Shown here: piece by piece, positions 18,711 through 28,635 of the stretch | How the letters are laid out: every line of letters starts with the position of its first letter | Position numbering within the stretch: position 1 is the first letter of the stretch | Origin: Candidatus Eiseniibacteriota bacterium | Lineage (GTDB): Bacteria; Eisenbacteria; RBG-16-71-46 | Assembly (NCBI GenBank): GCA_044223005.1 | Contig: JBGAML010000006.1 | Span: 1-64,000 of the forward strand | Length of the DNA stretch: 64,000 bases | Reading direction: 5' to 3' | The notes under the pieces: generated by a model | Told to the model about the DNA's origin: nothing | Seen by the model: only the letters and a program-made list of their open reading frames with translations | The model's database searches: none | Made by a program: the position numbers and the translations under genes

Positions 18711-19508
18711 ATGACGCGGCCGCCCCGGGACGTGCTGGCGGGCGTTCCTACCCCGCTCTGGACGGATCTCGCCCGCGCACGTCATCGAAGTCTGATGCTC
18801 GACTACGACGGAACGCTCGCACCTTTCGTCGAGACGCGAATGGATGCGCGTCCGCATCCCGTGGCGCTCGCGCACGCGCGCGCGATCGCCGCGGGCGGGA
18901 CACCGGTCGCGATCGTGTCGGGGCGTCCGGTGCAGGAACTGCAAACACTTCTTGGCACGGACTGGGCGGCGCTCGTGGGCGAGCACGGCTGGGAGTGGCG
19001 CGAGCCCGGAGGTCTGCTGCAGCGCGCGCCCTTCGCCGGCGCCGAAGCCGCCGCGCTCGACGACGCCGCGCAGCGCGCGCATGCGCTGGGCGAAGACGGC
19101 AGGGTCGAGCGCAAGCGCACCGCGGTCGTGCTGCACGTGCGCGGCACACCGCCCGACGAGGCGCGCGAACGCCGCGCCCGCCTGGCGCGGGCGTGGGCGC
19201 CGCTCGTCTCGCCCGGCGTGCTCGCGCTCGACCACACGGACGGCGGCCTCGAGCTGCGCGCGGTCGCCCGGCACAAGGGCATCGCCGTCGCGGAGCGGCT
19301 CGCGCGCGAGCCGGCCGGGACGTTCGCGGTCTACGTCGGCGACGACATCACCGACGAGGACGCGTTCGCGGCCGTCGCGCCGCACGGCTGGAGCATTCGC
19401 GTCGGCGACGCCGGCGACGGCACGCGTGCCCGCGCGCACCTGCCGGACGTCGAGGCGGTGGCCGCGTTTCTCGCCGAGTGGCGTCGCGTGACCGGCCACG
19501 CGGACTGA
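18711..19508 (+). CDS. otsB: Trehalose-6-phosphate phosphatase
   Basis: HAD motifs LDYDGTL, VSGR, GEHG, KG, GDDITDEDAF. Confidence 0.92.
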   Translation: MTRPPRDVLAGVPTPLWTDLARARHRSLMLDYDGTLAPFVETRMDARPHPVALAHARAIAAGGTPVAIVSGRPVQELQTLLGTDWAALVGEHGWEWREPGGLLQRAPFAGAEAAALDDAAQRAHALGEDGRVERKRTAVVLHVRGTPPDEARERRARLARAWAPLVSPGVLALDHTDGGLELRAVARHKGIAVAERLAREPAGTFAVYVGDDITDEDAFAAVAPHGWSIRVGDAGDGTRARAHLPDVEAVAAFLAEWRRVTGHAD

Positions 19509-19514
19509 ACGCGC

Positions 19515-19549
19515 GACGGCCGGCCCCGGCGGATCCGGGGCCGGCCGTC
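19515..19549. terminator. Hairpin between convergent genes
   Basis: GACGGCCGGCCCCGG-loop-CCGGGGCCGGCCGTC, 15-bp perfect stem. Confidence 0.65.
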
Positions 19550-19567
19550 CCTGCGCGGCGATTCCGC

Positions 19568-19879
19568 TCAGCCCTCGAGCTTGTAGATCTCGCGCTTCCC
19601 GTGATCGACCAGGTCGTGATAGCCGGCCATGAGCTTCTCCATCTCGGCCATCGCCTTCGGGTCCGCGCCGTCGCCCGACATCATCTTCTCGAACGCCTCC
19701 AGGCTCGGCGCCTCCATCTCGGCGACGACGGTCCAGTAGCGTTCGGCGCTGAAGTCCGTCATGACCTTCATCGCGGGCATGCCGATCGAGGCGGACAGCT
19801 TGTTCATGGCGAGGAACTTCTCGACCAGCGGACGCACCTTGCCGGGCTTGCAGTACATGATCTCGCGCACGACGTACAT
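19568..19879 (-). CDS. Small dimeric alpha/beta-barrel (NIPSNAP-like) hypothetical protein
   Basis: GGAGG RBS; MYVVREIMYCKPG...TD...SLEAFE...REIY. Confidence 0.75.
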   Translation of the reverse strand: MYVVREIMYCKPGKVRPLVEKFLAMNKLSASIGMPAMKVMTDFSAERYWTVVAEMEAPSLEAFEKMMSGDGADPKAMAEMEKLMAGYHDLVDHGKREIYKLEG

Positions 19880-20141
19880 GGGACCGACCTCCACGAGCGG
19901 GGAACGAGTCGCAATCGGGACGCTCACGACCACTCGGTCGCGGGACCGTCGCGCCGCGCGGAAACGGCTCCGCGCCGCGCGCGGTGTACGCGAGCGGCGC
20001 GGGGGAGGTCAAGCGAAAGCGGTGGAGTCGCAGGGGCACCGTACCGGACGGCGTTCGTCCCCGGCCGCCGGACGGGCCCCTGCCCTCGTCGCGCCCGCGC
20101 GCGTTCGCAGCTCCGCACGCGCCGGGCGCCCGGATCCTCGT

Positions 20142-21230
20142 TCAGGCCGTCTGCGTGGCGCCGCCCATGTCGTCGTCGGGGTGCGGCAGCACCGGCGCGC
20201 GGTTCCAGAAGAACGCGTCGCGGTGGCCGTAGAGCCACGACGCCAGCCGCGGCGGCGTACCGATGTCCGTCCAGCCGCACGGCGGCACCGTCACGAGCCG
20301 CAGCCGTTCGGTGCAGCGCTGCAGCACGTCGCTGCCGAAGTCGCGCGCCGGCATCTCGGCGACGACGGCGGCGCGCGCGCGTTCGTGTGCGCCCGCCCGG
20401 CCGAGGCCGCGCAGGTACGCGTCCGCGACCTGCGGCAACGCGTCCTCGAAGAGGTCGTAGAGCGCCCAGCCGGTGCACGCGAAGATGAAGCTGTTCCACA
20501 CGGCGCCGTCACGCGCGAGGCGCTGGGCCACCGTGAGCGGCGGCTTCTCGACGAACGCGCGCACGCGCCGGCTCGCCGCGGTGCGCCCGCGCTCGGGCAC
20601 GATCAGGCCGTACTCCGAGTCCAGGTGCGACGGCACCATGCCGAGCAGCACGACGTCGGCCGTGTGCCGCGACGCGCTGCGCATCGCCCGGCGGATCGCG
20701 CGCACCAGCACGGCCTCGCGGTCCACCTCCGCGTCCGACGGCATGAACACGAGCCGTGGATCGCGGTCGCGGCAGTGGATCTCGACCAGCGCCTGCAGGA
20801 TCGCCACCGCGGTGCCGCGGTTGGCGGGCTGCGCAAGCACGTTGCCGGGCGGCAGCGCCGTGAGCTCGGGCTCCCACCAGCGCCGGTGTTCCTCGAGCAC
20901 GAGCACGATCACGCGCTCGGCGGGCACGAGCTGCAGCGCGCGGGCCACGGTCGCGGCGAGCAGCGTGCGCTCGTCGCGGAAGCGGCAGAACTGCTTGGGC
21001 AGGTGATCGCCGCCGTCGGTGGTGGTCCACGAGCGGATGCGGCGGCCCTCGCCGCCCGCGAGGATCACGGCCCACGATTCTCCCTCGAGCCGCCGGTCGG
21101 GCGGCGCGGGGAACGGCAGGGGCTCGGGCATCGCGCGCTCACGCGCGTGCAGCGGGACGTCCGGGTCGGCCACCGGTGAGAGCGTCGCGGTCGGTCGCGG
21201 TTCGAGGTGCAGCGCATCGACTCGGGTCAT
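20142..21230 (-). CDS. Sugar-phosphate nucleotidyltransferase (mannose-1-phosphate guanylyltransferase-like)
   Basis: VILAGGEGRR, PKQF, QPANRGTA, PSD, FVEKP, WNS, GWTDIG. Confidence 0.88.
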   Translation of the reverse strand: MTRVDALHLEPRPTATLSPVADPDVPLHARERAMPEPLPFPAPPDRRLEGESWAVILAGGEGRRIRSWTTTDGGDHLPKQFCRFRDERTLLAATVARALQLVPAERVIVLVLEEHRRWWEPELTALPPGNVLAQPANRGTAVAILQALVEIHCRDRDPRLVFMPSDAEVDREAVLVRAIRRAMRSASRHTADVVLLGMVPSHLDSEYGLIVPERGRTAASRRVRAFVEKPPLTVAQRLARDGAVWNSFIFACTGWALYDLFEDALPQVADAYLRGLGRAGAHERARAAVVAEMPARDFGSDVLQRCTERLRLVTVPPCGWTDIGTPPRLASWLYGHRDAFFWNRAPVLPHPDDDMGGATQTA

Positions 21231-21282
21231 GGTCTCCTCCTCCGTTCGTTCGGCCTTCCGTGTGCGGTCGCCGGAGTCCCTG

Positions 21283-21298
21283 TGCGATTCACGTGCCA
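21283..21298 (-). promoter_or_regulatory. Sigma54 promoter for the nucleotidyltransferase
   Basis: TGGCACGTGAATCGCA, GG-N10-GC, next to a bEBP gene. Confidence 0.75.
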
Positions 21299-21502
21299 GC
21301 GCCGCTGCGGTGCCCGAGGCGTTCGAAATGCGGGACTTGCACGCCCGGCGGGTTCCGCCGCCGCGACTTGCGGAGTCCCGGATCGCCCCAGTCTCCGCGG
21401 GCCGCGCGAAAGCGCACGTGTGGGCGCGGTCCCCGGCGATGGCGCGCGAACGGGGCGCGTGTTCGGGGTTGGGGCAGGATGGGACGCGCGGTCAGGTGCC
21501 GG

Positions 21503-22840
21503 TCAGGCGAGGCCGTAGAGCTTGAGCCGCCGATAGAGCGTCTTGCGGTCGACGCCCAGCAACCGCGCGGCCGCGGCGCGGTTGCCGTCCACGGCGTGCA
21601 GAGTGCGCAGGATGTGCTCGCGCTCGAGGCCCGCGAGCGAACCCGCGGGTGCGATCGCGGCTTCCGGCGCGGCCCGGTCGCGCAGCTCGGGCGGCAGGTC
21701 GCCGATGCCGATCGCGTCGCCGTGCCGCATCACGACCGCGCGCTCGATCGCGTTCTCGAGTTCGCGTACGTTGCCGGGCCACGCGTGCCGGCGCAGCGCG
21801 TCCAGCGCCCCCGGCTCGAGCCGCAGCTCGCGCCCGGCACGCGCGGCGCGGGCGAGGAAATGCCGCACGAGCGCGTCGACGTCCTCGGGGCGCTCCCGCA
21901 GCGGCGGGATCCGGATCGGGATCACGTTGAGGCGATAGAAGAGGTCCTGGCGGAAGCGGCCCTGCGCGACCGCGGCGTCGAGATCGGTGTGCGTGGCCGC
22001 GACGATCCGGACGTCGACCGGAATCGCCGCACCCGCGCCGAGCGGGTGCACCTCGCGCTCCTGGATCACGCGCAGGAGCTTGACCTGCAGCAGCGGCGGC
22101 ATGTCGCCGATCTCGTCGAGCAGCAGCGTTCCGCCGTCGGCGCGCTGGAAGAGCCCGACGTGGTCCTCGCGCGCGTCGGTGAATGCTCCGCGGCGGTGGC
22201 CGAACAGCTGCGATTCGAGCAGCGCCTCGGGGATCGCGCCGCAGTTCACGGCGACGAACGGCGCGCCGCGGCGCGGGCTCGACGCGTGCAGCAGCCGCGC
22301 GAGGCGCTCCTTGCCGGTGCCGCTCTCGCCGAGGAGCAGCACGGGCGCTTCCGACGGCGCGGCGCGCGCCACGAGCTCGACGGCTTCGAGCATGCGCGGC
22401 GAGCGCGCGACGATGCCCAGCTCGGCGGCCACGCCCGAGGGCGCCTCGATCGCGAGGTCGTGCCAGAACGCGCGCTGCTGCAGCGCGGCCTCGAGCGCGG
22501 CGCGCAGCTGCTCGAGCCGGAACGGCTTGGCGACGTAGTGGAAGGCGCCGGCCTGCATGGCCTCGACGGCGGATTCGATCGAGCCGAACGCGGTGATGAT
22601 CACCACGGGCAGGCCGGGATGGCGCGCCCGCACCTCGGCGAGCACCTCGGTGCCCTTGAGCCCCGGCATCATGAGGTCGCTCACGACGACGTCCGCGCGT
22701 TCGCGTGCGAGGAGCCGCAGCGCCTCGGCGCCGTCGGGTGCGGTGAGCACGTCGTAGCCCAGCTCGCGCAGTTCCTCGTCGAGCCAGGCGCGCATCTCGA
22801 TATCGTCCTCGACCACGAGGATCCGGCGCCGTTGCGTCAC
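21503..22840 (-). CDS. Sigma54-dependent NtrC-family response regulator
   Basis: REC (ILVVEDD, DLMMPG); GESGTGKE; GAFTDA; LLDEIG; WPGNVREL; Fis-type HTH. Confidence 0.95.
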   Translation of the reverse strand: MTQRRRILVVEDDIEMRAWLDEELRELGYDVLTAPDGAEALRLLARERADVVVSDLMMPGLKGTEVLAEVRARHPGLPVVIITAFGSIESAVEAMQAGAFHYVAKPFRLEQLRAALEAALQQRAFWHDLAIEAPSGVAAELGIVARSPRMLEAVELVARAAPSEAPVLLLGESGTGKERLARLLHASSPRRGAPFVAVNCGAIPEALLESQLFGHRRGAFTDAREDHVGLFQRADGGTLLLDEIGDMPPLLQVKLLRVIQEREVHPLGAGAAIPVDVRIVAATHTDLDAAVAQGRFRQDLFYRLNVIPIRIPPLRERPEDVDALVRHFLARAARAGRELRLEPGALDALRRHAWPGNVRELENAIERAVVMRHGDAIGIGDLPPELRDRAAPEAAIAPAGSLAGLEREHILRTLHAVDGNRAAAARLLGVDRKTLYRRLKLYGLA

Positions 22841-24402
22841 GATGCGGCCTCCACGGGCGCGTGCGTGTCTCCGGCGAGCGGCAGCAGCACGCGCGCCCGC
22901 GTGCCGTGCCCGGGAGCGCTGTCCAGTTCCAGCCAGCCGCCGTGCTCGCGCACGATGCCGTAGGCGATCGAGAGGCCGAGCCCGGTGCCGCGGCCGACTT
23001 CCTTGGTGGTGAAGAACGGGTCGAAGACGCGCGCGAGGTGCTCGGGCGCGATCCCGTCGCCGTCGTCGGCGATCACGACCTCCGCGCAAGGCACCGGGCC
23101 CGCGGCGCCCTCGGGCGGCCGTGCCTCGCGCGTGGCGGCGCCGAGCACGAGCCGGCCGCCGCGCGGCATGGCGTCGACCGCGTTGACCGCGAGGTTGAGG
23201 AACACCTGCTGCAGCCGGTCGGCATCGGCCGCCACGTCGGGCAGGTCCGGGGCCACCGCGATCTCGAGCGCGATGCCCTGCGCCTCGCAGCGGTCGCGCA
23301 CCAGCTCGCCGGTGCGGCGCAGCAGCTCCGCGAGTCCCACGGGCGCGAGCCGCAGGTCCCACGCGCGCGCGAAGTCGAGCACGTTGCGCACGATCCGCGA
23401 GACGCGGTCGCTCTGCTGCACGATCACGCCGAGGCTGGCGGCGAGCGGCGAGTCGGGCCCGGCGCGCCGCGCGAGCGATTCCGCGCGGCCGCGGATCACG
23501 TTGAGCGGCGTGCCGATCTCGTGCGCGAGCCCGGCGGCGAACCGGCCGATACCGGCGAGTCGTTCGGCCTCGCGCAGGCGCTCCTCGATGCGCTGGCGCT
23601 CGGCGCGCGCCTGCTCGAGCGTGGCCTGCGCGCCCTCGAGCCGGTCGCACATGACGTTGAACTCGGCGGCGAGCCGGCCGAGCTCGTCGGCGCGCTGGAT
23701 CGGGAGCCGGGCCGAGCCGGCGCCGAGCTGCACATTGCGCACGCCCGCGACCAGCGCGTCGATCGGGTCCGTGACGTGGATCCGCGTGCCGGCGAGCAGC
23801 GTCAGCGCGATCGAGATCACGAGCGCCGCCGCGAACACGGCGAGCGCGCGGCTCGAGGCGGCGGCATCCTCCTCGACGAACGACTCGAGCTGCAGCACTT
23901 CGGACGCGCCGATCGGCGTCCCGGAGGCGTCCGCCAGCGGGGCGAACCAGGCGAGCACGGGGCGCTCGCCGAGACGCAGCCGCTCGGGCACCAGCGTGCC
24001 CTCGTGCAGGCGCCGGCGCACGGTCTCCGGCGCCAGTGCCGGCATGCCGGCGACGCTGGCCGGAGCGTGCAGGAGCCGCCCCTGCGCGTCGTAGAGCCGC
24101 ACGCCGAGCACGTTCTCGTGGTTGCTGATCGTCTCGGTGAGCTGCACCGCGTCGGCGATGCGGCCCTCGCGCATCGCGAGCCGCGTCGCGAGCTGGACCG
24201 TGCGGGCCAGGCTCCGGCCTTCGCGCGCCACCTCGTCGCGCGAGCGGGCGCGGTTGGCGCCGTCCTCGAACAGCGCGAACGCGACGATCAGCACGCTGAT
24301 CGGGATCACGAGCGCGACGAAGAGCCGGGTGCCGATCGAGACGGGTGGGAAACGCCGGGGGCGCCCTCCGTCCGTGAGCGTGCTGCGGGTGGTGCTCGCC
24401 AC
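22837..24402 (-). CDS. HAMP-domain sensor histidine kinase
   Basis: Two TM helices; DELGRLA HAMP; AHEIGTPL; NLAVNA; DDGDGI; FFTTK; GTGLGL. Confidence 0.93.
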   Translation of the reverse strand: MASTTRSTLTDGGRPRRFPPVSIGTRLFVALVIPISVLIVAFALFEDGANRARSRDEVAREGRSLARTVQLATRLAMREGRIADAVQLTETISNHENVLGVRLYDAQGRLLHAPASVAGMPALAPETVRRRLHEGTLVPERLRLGERPVLAWFAPLADASGTPIGASEVLQLESFVEEDAAASSRALAVFAAALVISIALTLLAGTRIHVTDPIDALVAGVRNVQLGAGSARLPIQRADELGRLAAEFNVMCDRLEGAQATLEQARAERQRIEERLREAERLAGIGRFAAGLAHEIGTPLNVIRGRAESLARRAGPDSPLAASLGVIVQQSDRVSRIVRNVLDFARAWDLRLAPVGLAELLRRTGELVRDRCEAQGIALEIAVAPDLPDVAADADRLQQVFLNLAVNAVDAMPRGGRLVLGAATREARPPEGAAGPVPCAEVVIADDGDGIAPEHLARVFDPFFTTKEVGRGTGLGLSIAYGIVREHGGWLELDSAPGHGTRARVLLPLAGDTHAPVEAAS

Positions 24403-24589
24403 GCGTCCTCCGCCGGGCTGAAGGTCGGTTCGTACGCGAGAGACGAACAGGCTAGGGGGCGCGTTCCCTCGGGAGGTCAGCGAGCTGTCACCGAATCATG
24501 GACGAAACCCAAAACCGTCCGGCGCGCTGCCGCAAAGACGCGCGGGCCCGGCCGCGTGGCGGCCGGGCCCGGCGGAACGTGCGTGCGGT

Positions 24590-25102
24590 CTACTTCGCGG
24601 CGTGCTGCGGCTGGTACTGCGGCGCGTTGTGGTCGAAGTCCCACAGCATGACGGGCTCGATCCCGAACACGCGCAGGTAAGCGTAGAGCTGGCCGCGGTG
24701 ATGCAGATACTCGTCCGACGCGAACCCGAACATGACGAAGCCCGGGAACGTGTCACCCCACGGCGTGCTCACCATGCCGGAAAGCTGTGCATCGGTGATC
24801 TCGCGCGACGTCTTCTCGCTCGCTTCCCACTGGCGCTGGACGAACGCCACCAGCTGCGCGCGGGTCTTGATGGACTCGACGACGGCCTTCTCGTCCGGCG
24901 AGACGAGCGTGCCCTTCACGGCCGCCTCGGGCAGGCCGCTGACGCCGAGGTACATGTGGACCAGCAGTTCGATCGGCGTGCGCATGCCGGTGATCGGGTG
25001 GCTGGCGAGCTTGTCCTCGGGGATCTGGTCGATCACGCGGAGCGTGATGCCGTGGCGAAGACGCATCTGTTCCCACAGCATCGCGATGGCCTGGCGGTTC
25101 AT
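24590..25102 (-). CDS. DinB-family protein
   Basis: GGAGG RBS; MRTPIELLVH; HHRGQLYAYLR. Confidence 0.88.
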   Translation of the reverse strand: MNRQAIAMLWEQMRLRHGITLRVIDQIPEDKLASHPITGMRTPIELLVHMYLGVSGLPEAAVKGTLVSPDEKAVVESIKTRAQLVAFVQRQWEASEKTSREITDAQLSGMVSTPWGDTFPGFVMFGFASDEYLHHRGQLYAYLRVFGIEPVMLWDFDHNAPQYQPQHAAK

Positions 25103-25235
25103 TCGGTCTTTCCTCCGTTGCAAGAGTCGGCGGACACGTTGCGAAGGGCCTGAGGCCTCGCGCATGCTGCCCGCCCGGATGGCACCCCTGCGGCGGACGT
25201 TCCGCCGCGACGTCGAAGATCTAACCCGGCAACCC

Positions 25236-25250
25236 TGACAACCCGTGTCA
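25236..25250. promoter_or_regulatory. Palindromic operator for the WYL regulator
   Basis: TGACA-N5-TGTCA between the divergent dinB-like and WYL genes. Confidence 0.7.
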
Positions 25251-25265
25251 CCTTTGTGAGGTGTC

Positions 25266-25994
25266 ATGAAGCGCAGCGAACGGCTCCACGCCATCACGGA
25301 GTACCTGCGCCGGCGGCGCACGCCGGTGACGGTGGCCGACCTGGCGCGGCACTTCGAGGTCGACGAGCGCACGGTGTTCCGCGATCTCGCGGCGCTGCGC
25401 GACCAGCAGGTTCCCATCGTCGGCGAGCCCGGACGCGGGGGAGGGCTGCAACTGCACCGAGACTACCAGATGCCGCCACTGGCGCTCTCGGTCGACGAAG
25501 CCGTGAGCCTGTGGCTCTCGTACCGGCTCGCGGCCGTGCTCGGCACCTTGCCGCCCGGGCGCGCGCTGGCGCCAGCGGTCGACAAGGTGCTGGGCTCGGT
25601 GCCGCGCGAGCGGCGCACGGCGATCCTCGCGGTGATCGAGCGCATCGTGATGGCGCGGCCCGCGTCGCCGGAACTCTCGGCGGCGGCCGCGCCGCTCGAC
25701 GCGACGGTCTATCGCGCGTGCGAGCGGGCGTTCATCGCCGGGCAGGCGCTCGAACTGGCCTATGTGGATCGCCACGGCGCGGCGACCGCGCGCGTGGTCG
25801 AGCCGCACGGGCTGCTGGTCAAGCCGCCGCTCTGGTACCTGCTCGCGCACGACCGGCTGCGCGGCGAGCCGCGCATGTTCCGCTTCGACCGGATCCGCGG
25901 CGCGACGCCGTGCGCGACCGACCGCTTCGAGCCCCGCGATCCGCGCCGCATGTTCGCCGAGATCGAAGCGTACGGCATCGAGGTGCGCGAGTAG
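25266..25994 (+). CDS. YafY-like HTH-WYL transcriptional regulator
   Basis: LARHFEVDERTVFRDL HTH; GRGGG; WYLLA; RMFRFDRI. Confidence 0.93.
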   Translation: MKRSERLHAITEYLRRRRTPVTVADLARHFEVDERTVFRDLAALRDQQVPIVGEPGRGGGLQLHRDYQMPPLALSVDEAVSLWLSYRLAAVLGTLPPGRALAPAVDKVLGSVPRERRTAILAVIERIVMARPASPELSAAAAPLDATVYRACERAFIAGQALELAYVDRHGAATARVVEPHGLLVKPPLWYLLAHDRLRGEPRMFRFDRIRGATPCATDRFEPRDPRRMFAEIEAYGIEVRE

Positions 25995-26058
25995 GGTAGG
26001 CTGGCCGCGAACGAAGGCCGCCCCCCGCGGCAGCATGCTTCACCGCGAGGAGACGCAC

Positions 26059-27816
26059 GTGCCCCTGCCGCCCGACGTGCCGACGCCGGACGCATCCGAT
26101 CCCGATCCTCGACCGCCCGCTTCGACCGCCGCCGCGGAAGCACCCGGGCCAGAGGCGCCGCCCCCCGGCCCGCGCCCCCGGCGCATGTCGCTGCTCCTCG
26201 TGGCCATCACGTGGCTGGTGGCATTCGAGTGGGTGCTTCCCGACGAAGGCGCGACGCCGTTCGCGTGGTGGTTCGGCTACGCCGGGGCGTTCGTCGCGCT
26301 CGCCCTGTCCGCGGTGGTCCTCACGGGGCGCGAGCCGGGGGGGCTGCGTTCGCTGGTCCGCGGCGCGACCCCCGCGTGGTACGGCCGCGCGTGCCTCACG
26401 ACGATGGCCAATCACCTCGCGCTCGGCATCGCGTTCCTGTTCGTCCTCCTGCTGGGCCGGACGTTCGTGGCCGAATCGAAGTCGGGGCCGGCCGACGTCC
26501 TGCTCGCGTCGACGCCGTTCGAGGACCCGCGGCAGCTCCACGCGTTCCTCGCGCTCGTGGTGTTCGCACCCATCCTCGAGGAGGTCTTCTTCCGCGGGCT
26601 GCTGCTGCGCGCGTTGCGGCAGTACGTGCCGACGGGCTGGGCGGTGGCGCTCAGCGCGCTCGCGTTCGGCCTGGTGCATCCCGCGTTCACGCCCCAGCTG
26701 GTGGGTGGCATCCTCTACGGCTTGCTGGCGGTCGAGAGCGGATCCGTGCTGCCGGGCATGCTCGCGCACGCGGCCGGCAACTTCGCGTCCCGGTCGGCGA
26801 CCGGCGGTTTCGCCTCGCTCTGGGCCGGGCTCGGGATGGAATCGCACCCGCTCGCCAGCCTCCCGCTGCTCGCCGCGCTGATGGTGGCGGTACTCGTGCA
26901 CGCGCTGGCGATCGTACGAGGCCGGCCGCGCCGGTCCGCGTGGAACGTCGCGTTGATCGGTCTCGCGGTCGCGTGCATCGCGCTCACCGCGTCGCGGCGG
27001 GCGGCGCACTCCCGGCCGGATGCGCTCGCGGCAGCGGCCCACTCGGGCGTCCGCAAGTACGTCGCGGCCGGCGGGATCGAGGGCGTCGCGGATGGTCCCG
27101 ACGCGGCGTTCGACCTGCCGGGACTGGACGTGCGCCTGCCGGCGCTTCCCGGCGACACGCTCGAGGTCGTGCGTTACCACCAGGTGTCCGGCCCGGTGAA
27201 GGCCGACTCCGAGTTCGTGAACGTCGCGCTCCTCTTTCCGCTCGGCGGCCGCTCGCGGCGGGTCGCGGTGGAGCGCGAGGGGGTCGGACCCGTGCGCATC
27301 GTCGGCGACGCCACCAGCCGCCTCCTCGCCCGGTTCGCGGGCGGGAGGAGCGCCGAGGAGCTGCTCGGCTTCGGGGATCGCGTGACGTTCGGGCCCGAGA
27401 CGCGCGACGACCCGCCGCGGGTCGTGGAGACGCGCGGCTTCCTCGTTCGCCCCGCGGACGGTGCGGCCGCGGAAGCGATCGTGTGGGTGCCCTTGAGACG
27501 CGACTACCTCGGGTTCCAGGTCGACGTCGGCGACAGCACGCAGGCTCGCGGCGTCCTCGAGGACCTGGACGCGCGCGTGCGGCAGCTCCAGTTCGCCCCG
27601 GACCGCGCCCCGCGGGATCGCCGGCCGACCGACGGGCCGTTCGAGGCCTGGTCGTTCGAACTCGGTCGCGTGCACGAGCCGTTGGGCTGGGCCCTCGGAC
27701 CTGGTCCCAACGTGCTCGTCCTCGTCGCCGCGCTGATCGCGCTCGTGATCGATTATGCTCGCCACGGCCGCCGTCGCGCACCCTCGACCCCCGAACCCGC
27801 GGAGGCATCCTCGTGA
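26059..27816 (+). CDS. CPBP (Abi/CAAX) intramembrane metalloprotease with large C-terminal extension
   Basis: GAGGAG RBS with GTG start; EEVFFRG, FGLVH, HAAGN; multiple TM helices. Confidence 0.82.
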   Translation: MPLPPDVPTPDASDPDPRPPASTAAAEAPGPEAPPPGPRPRRMSLLLVAITWLVAFEWVLPDEGATPFAWWFGYAGAFVALALSAVVLTGREPGGLRSLVRGATPAWYGRACLTTMANHLALGIAFLFVLLLGRTFVAESKSGPADVLLASTPFEDPRQLHAFLALVVFAPILEEVFFRGLLLRALRQYVPTGWAVALSALAFGLVHPAFTPQLVGGILYGLLAVESGSVLPGMLAHAAGNFASRSATGGFASLWAGLGMESHPLASLPLLAALMVAVLVHALAIVRGRPRRSAWNVALIGLAVACIALTASRRAAHSRPDALAAAAHSGVRKYVAAGGIEGVADGPDAAFDLPGLDVRLPALPGDTLEVVRYHQVSGPVKADSEFVNVALLFPLGGRSRRVAVEREGVGPVRIVGDATSRLLARFAGGRSAEELLGFGDRVTFGPETRDDPPRVVETRGFLVRPADGAAAEAIVWVPLRRDYLGFQVDVGDSTQARGVLEDLDARVRQLQFAPDRAPRDRRPTDGPFEAWSFELGRVHEPLGWALGPGPNVLVLVAALIALVIDYARHGRRRAPSTPEPAEASS

Positions 27817-28628
27817 CCGACCTGAATCCCGAACGCGCCCAGATGGCCGACGAGTCCATGGTGCGCAACCTCGCCGCGCAGGCGCAGGCGATCTGGCCGC
27901 AGGAGAGCGAGCTCGTACGCGGCTACGGCCTGCGCGAGGACGCGGTGATCCTCGACGCGGGCTGCGGGACCGGCGAGATCGCCGGGCGGCTCGCGGAGAT
28001 GTTCCCGCGCGCGCGCGTGCTCGGGGTCGACATCCTCGACCACCATCTCGCGTACGCGCGCGAGCGGCACGCGGGCCTCGGGGAGCGGCTCGCGTTCGAG
28101 CACCGCAGCGTCTTCGAGCTCGGCCTGCCGGATCGCACGTTCGACCTCGTGGCCTGCCGCCACGTGCTGCACTCGGTCCCGCACGCCGAGCGCGTGGTCG
28201 CCGAACTCGCGCGCGTCACGAGGCCGGGCGGCCGGCTGCACCTGATCCCCGAGGACTACGGCATGCTGCACTTCCAGGAGAGCGCGCGCGGCGTGCGCGA
28301 CTTCTGGAACGCGGTGCCGCCGGTCTACGGCACCGCCGCGGGCATCGATCTCTACATCGGCCGCGACACGCCGCCGATCCTCGCTGCGCTCGGGCTCGAA
28401 GACGTCCGCATGGACTACGTGATCGTGGACACGCTGCGCGTCGCGCGCGGCACGTTCGCGTCGATCCTCGAAGCGTGGCGCGACGGCTACGTGGAGGTGA
28501 TCGCGGAGCGTGCGGGGATGGCGCCGGCGGACGTGCGCGAGCGTTTCCAGGCCATGATCGCCAACGTGCGCGACCCCAAGGGCTACGCCGCGTGGTTCGT
28601 GCCCGTCGCCAGCGCCCGCGTGCCCTGA
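27813..28628 (+). CDS. Class I SAM-dependent methyltransferase
   Basis: GTGA overlap; ILDAGCGTG; FDLVAC; RPGG. Confidence 0.9.
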   Translation: MTDLNPERAQMADESMVRNLAAQAQAIWPQESELVRGYGLREDAVILDAGCGTGEIAGRLAEMFPRARVLGVDILDHHLAYARERHAGLGERLAFEHRSVFELGLPDRTFDLVACRHVLHSVPHAERVVAELARVTRPGGRLHLIPEDYGMLHFQESARGVRDFWNAVPPVYGTAAGIDLYIGRDTPPILAALGLEDVRMDYVIVDTLRVARGTFASILEAWRDGYVEVIAERAGMAPADVRERFQAMIANVRDPKGYAAWFVPVASARVP

Positions 28629-28635
28629 GCGCGTC

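Noticed and set aside
24590..25994. WYL gene as a marker of a defence island
   Set aside because: An ordinary divergent YafY-DinB pair with no defence genes nearby
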